A stretch of 45,214 nt of DNA, from positions 1 to 45,214 of IMG/VR virus record IMGVR_UViG_3300025066_002035; one strand, given 5' to 3'. The number at the start of each line of letters is the position of its first letter. The stretch's first letter is position 1. Below the pieces are notes generated by a model. It did not search any database and had not been told where the DNA came from. It saw only the letters and a program-made list of their open reading frames with translations. The translations under genes were made by a program, and so were the position numbers. Source of the stretch: a virus. Lineage: Duplodnaviria; Caudoviricetes. Below, in pieces: positions 45,166-45,214 of the stretch.

Positions 45166-45214
45166 TTAGTCAAAGTGTCCTGTTTTGTAATAAACTCTTC
45201 CTTCGACGCGGGGG
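45166..45214 (-). CDS. 3' end of a probable upstream gene (partial)
   Basis: Open frame PRVEGRVYYKTGHFD* ending 7 nt before the next ATG; too short to be sure. Confidence 0.35.
   Translation of the reverse strand, partial: PRVEGRVYYKTGHFD

Noticed and set aside
45200-45214. gacgcgggg at the right edge resembling part of a tmRNA/tRNA arm
   Set aside because: Truncated by the window, and equally explained by a minus-strand reading frame ending at 45166.

Overview
This window is a segment of a large tailed (myovirus-like, probably jumbo) phage genome. All credible genes lie on the minus strand, tightly packed, in standard code 11. In transcription order (right to left) it holds four blocks. 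(1) 40-45 kb: a secreted-type zinc protease, small ORFs, tRNA-Thr and tRNA-Gly, a cytidylyltransferase-family enzyme, PIN-PhoH, a second zincin and a Cas4-like nuclease. (2) 24-40 kb: an 18-gene glycan cluster with about seven glycosyltransferases (GT4 x2, GT2, GT11, GT15-like, other GT-A/GT-B), three sulfotransferase-fold genes, two methyltransferases, two nucleotide-sugar dehydrogenases, two epimerases and nadE. (3) 22-24 kb: small genes and a gp55-like sigma factor. (4) 1-22 kb: a baseplate/tail module with two paralogous OB-fold+lysin genes, a probable spike gene, gp25- and gp6-like wedge genes, a DNRLRE-like protein and a >2550-aa multi-LamG protein that runs off the left edge and is missing from the ORF track. 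The best candidate for an undescribed system is phage-encoded sulfated/methylated glycosylation of the virion. A [S/T]-G-S tripeptide is strongly over-represented in two structural proteins and almost absent from the others, so it may be the sequon. A second candidate is the lysin pair, which shares a near-identical DNA block exactly at the domain junction. All family calls come from motif recognition by eye and all counts are manual; no database searches were run.
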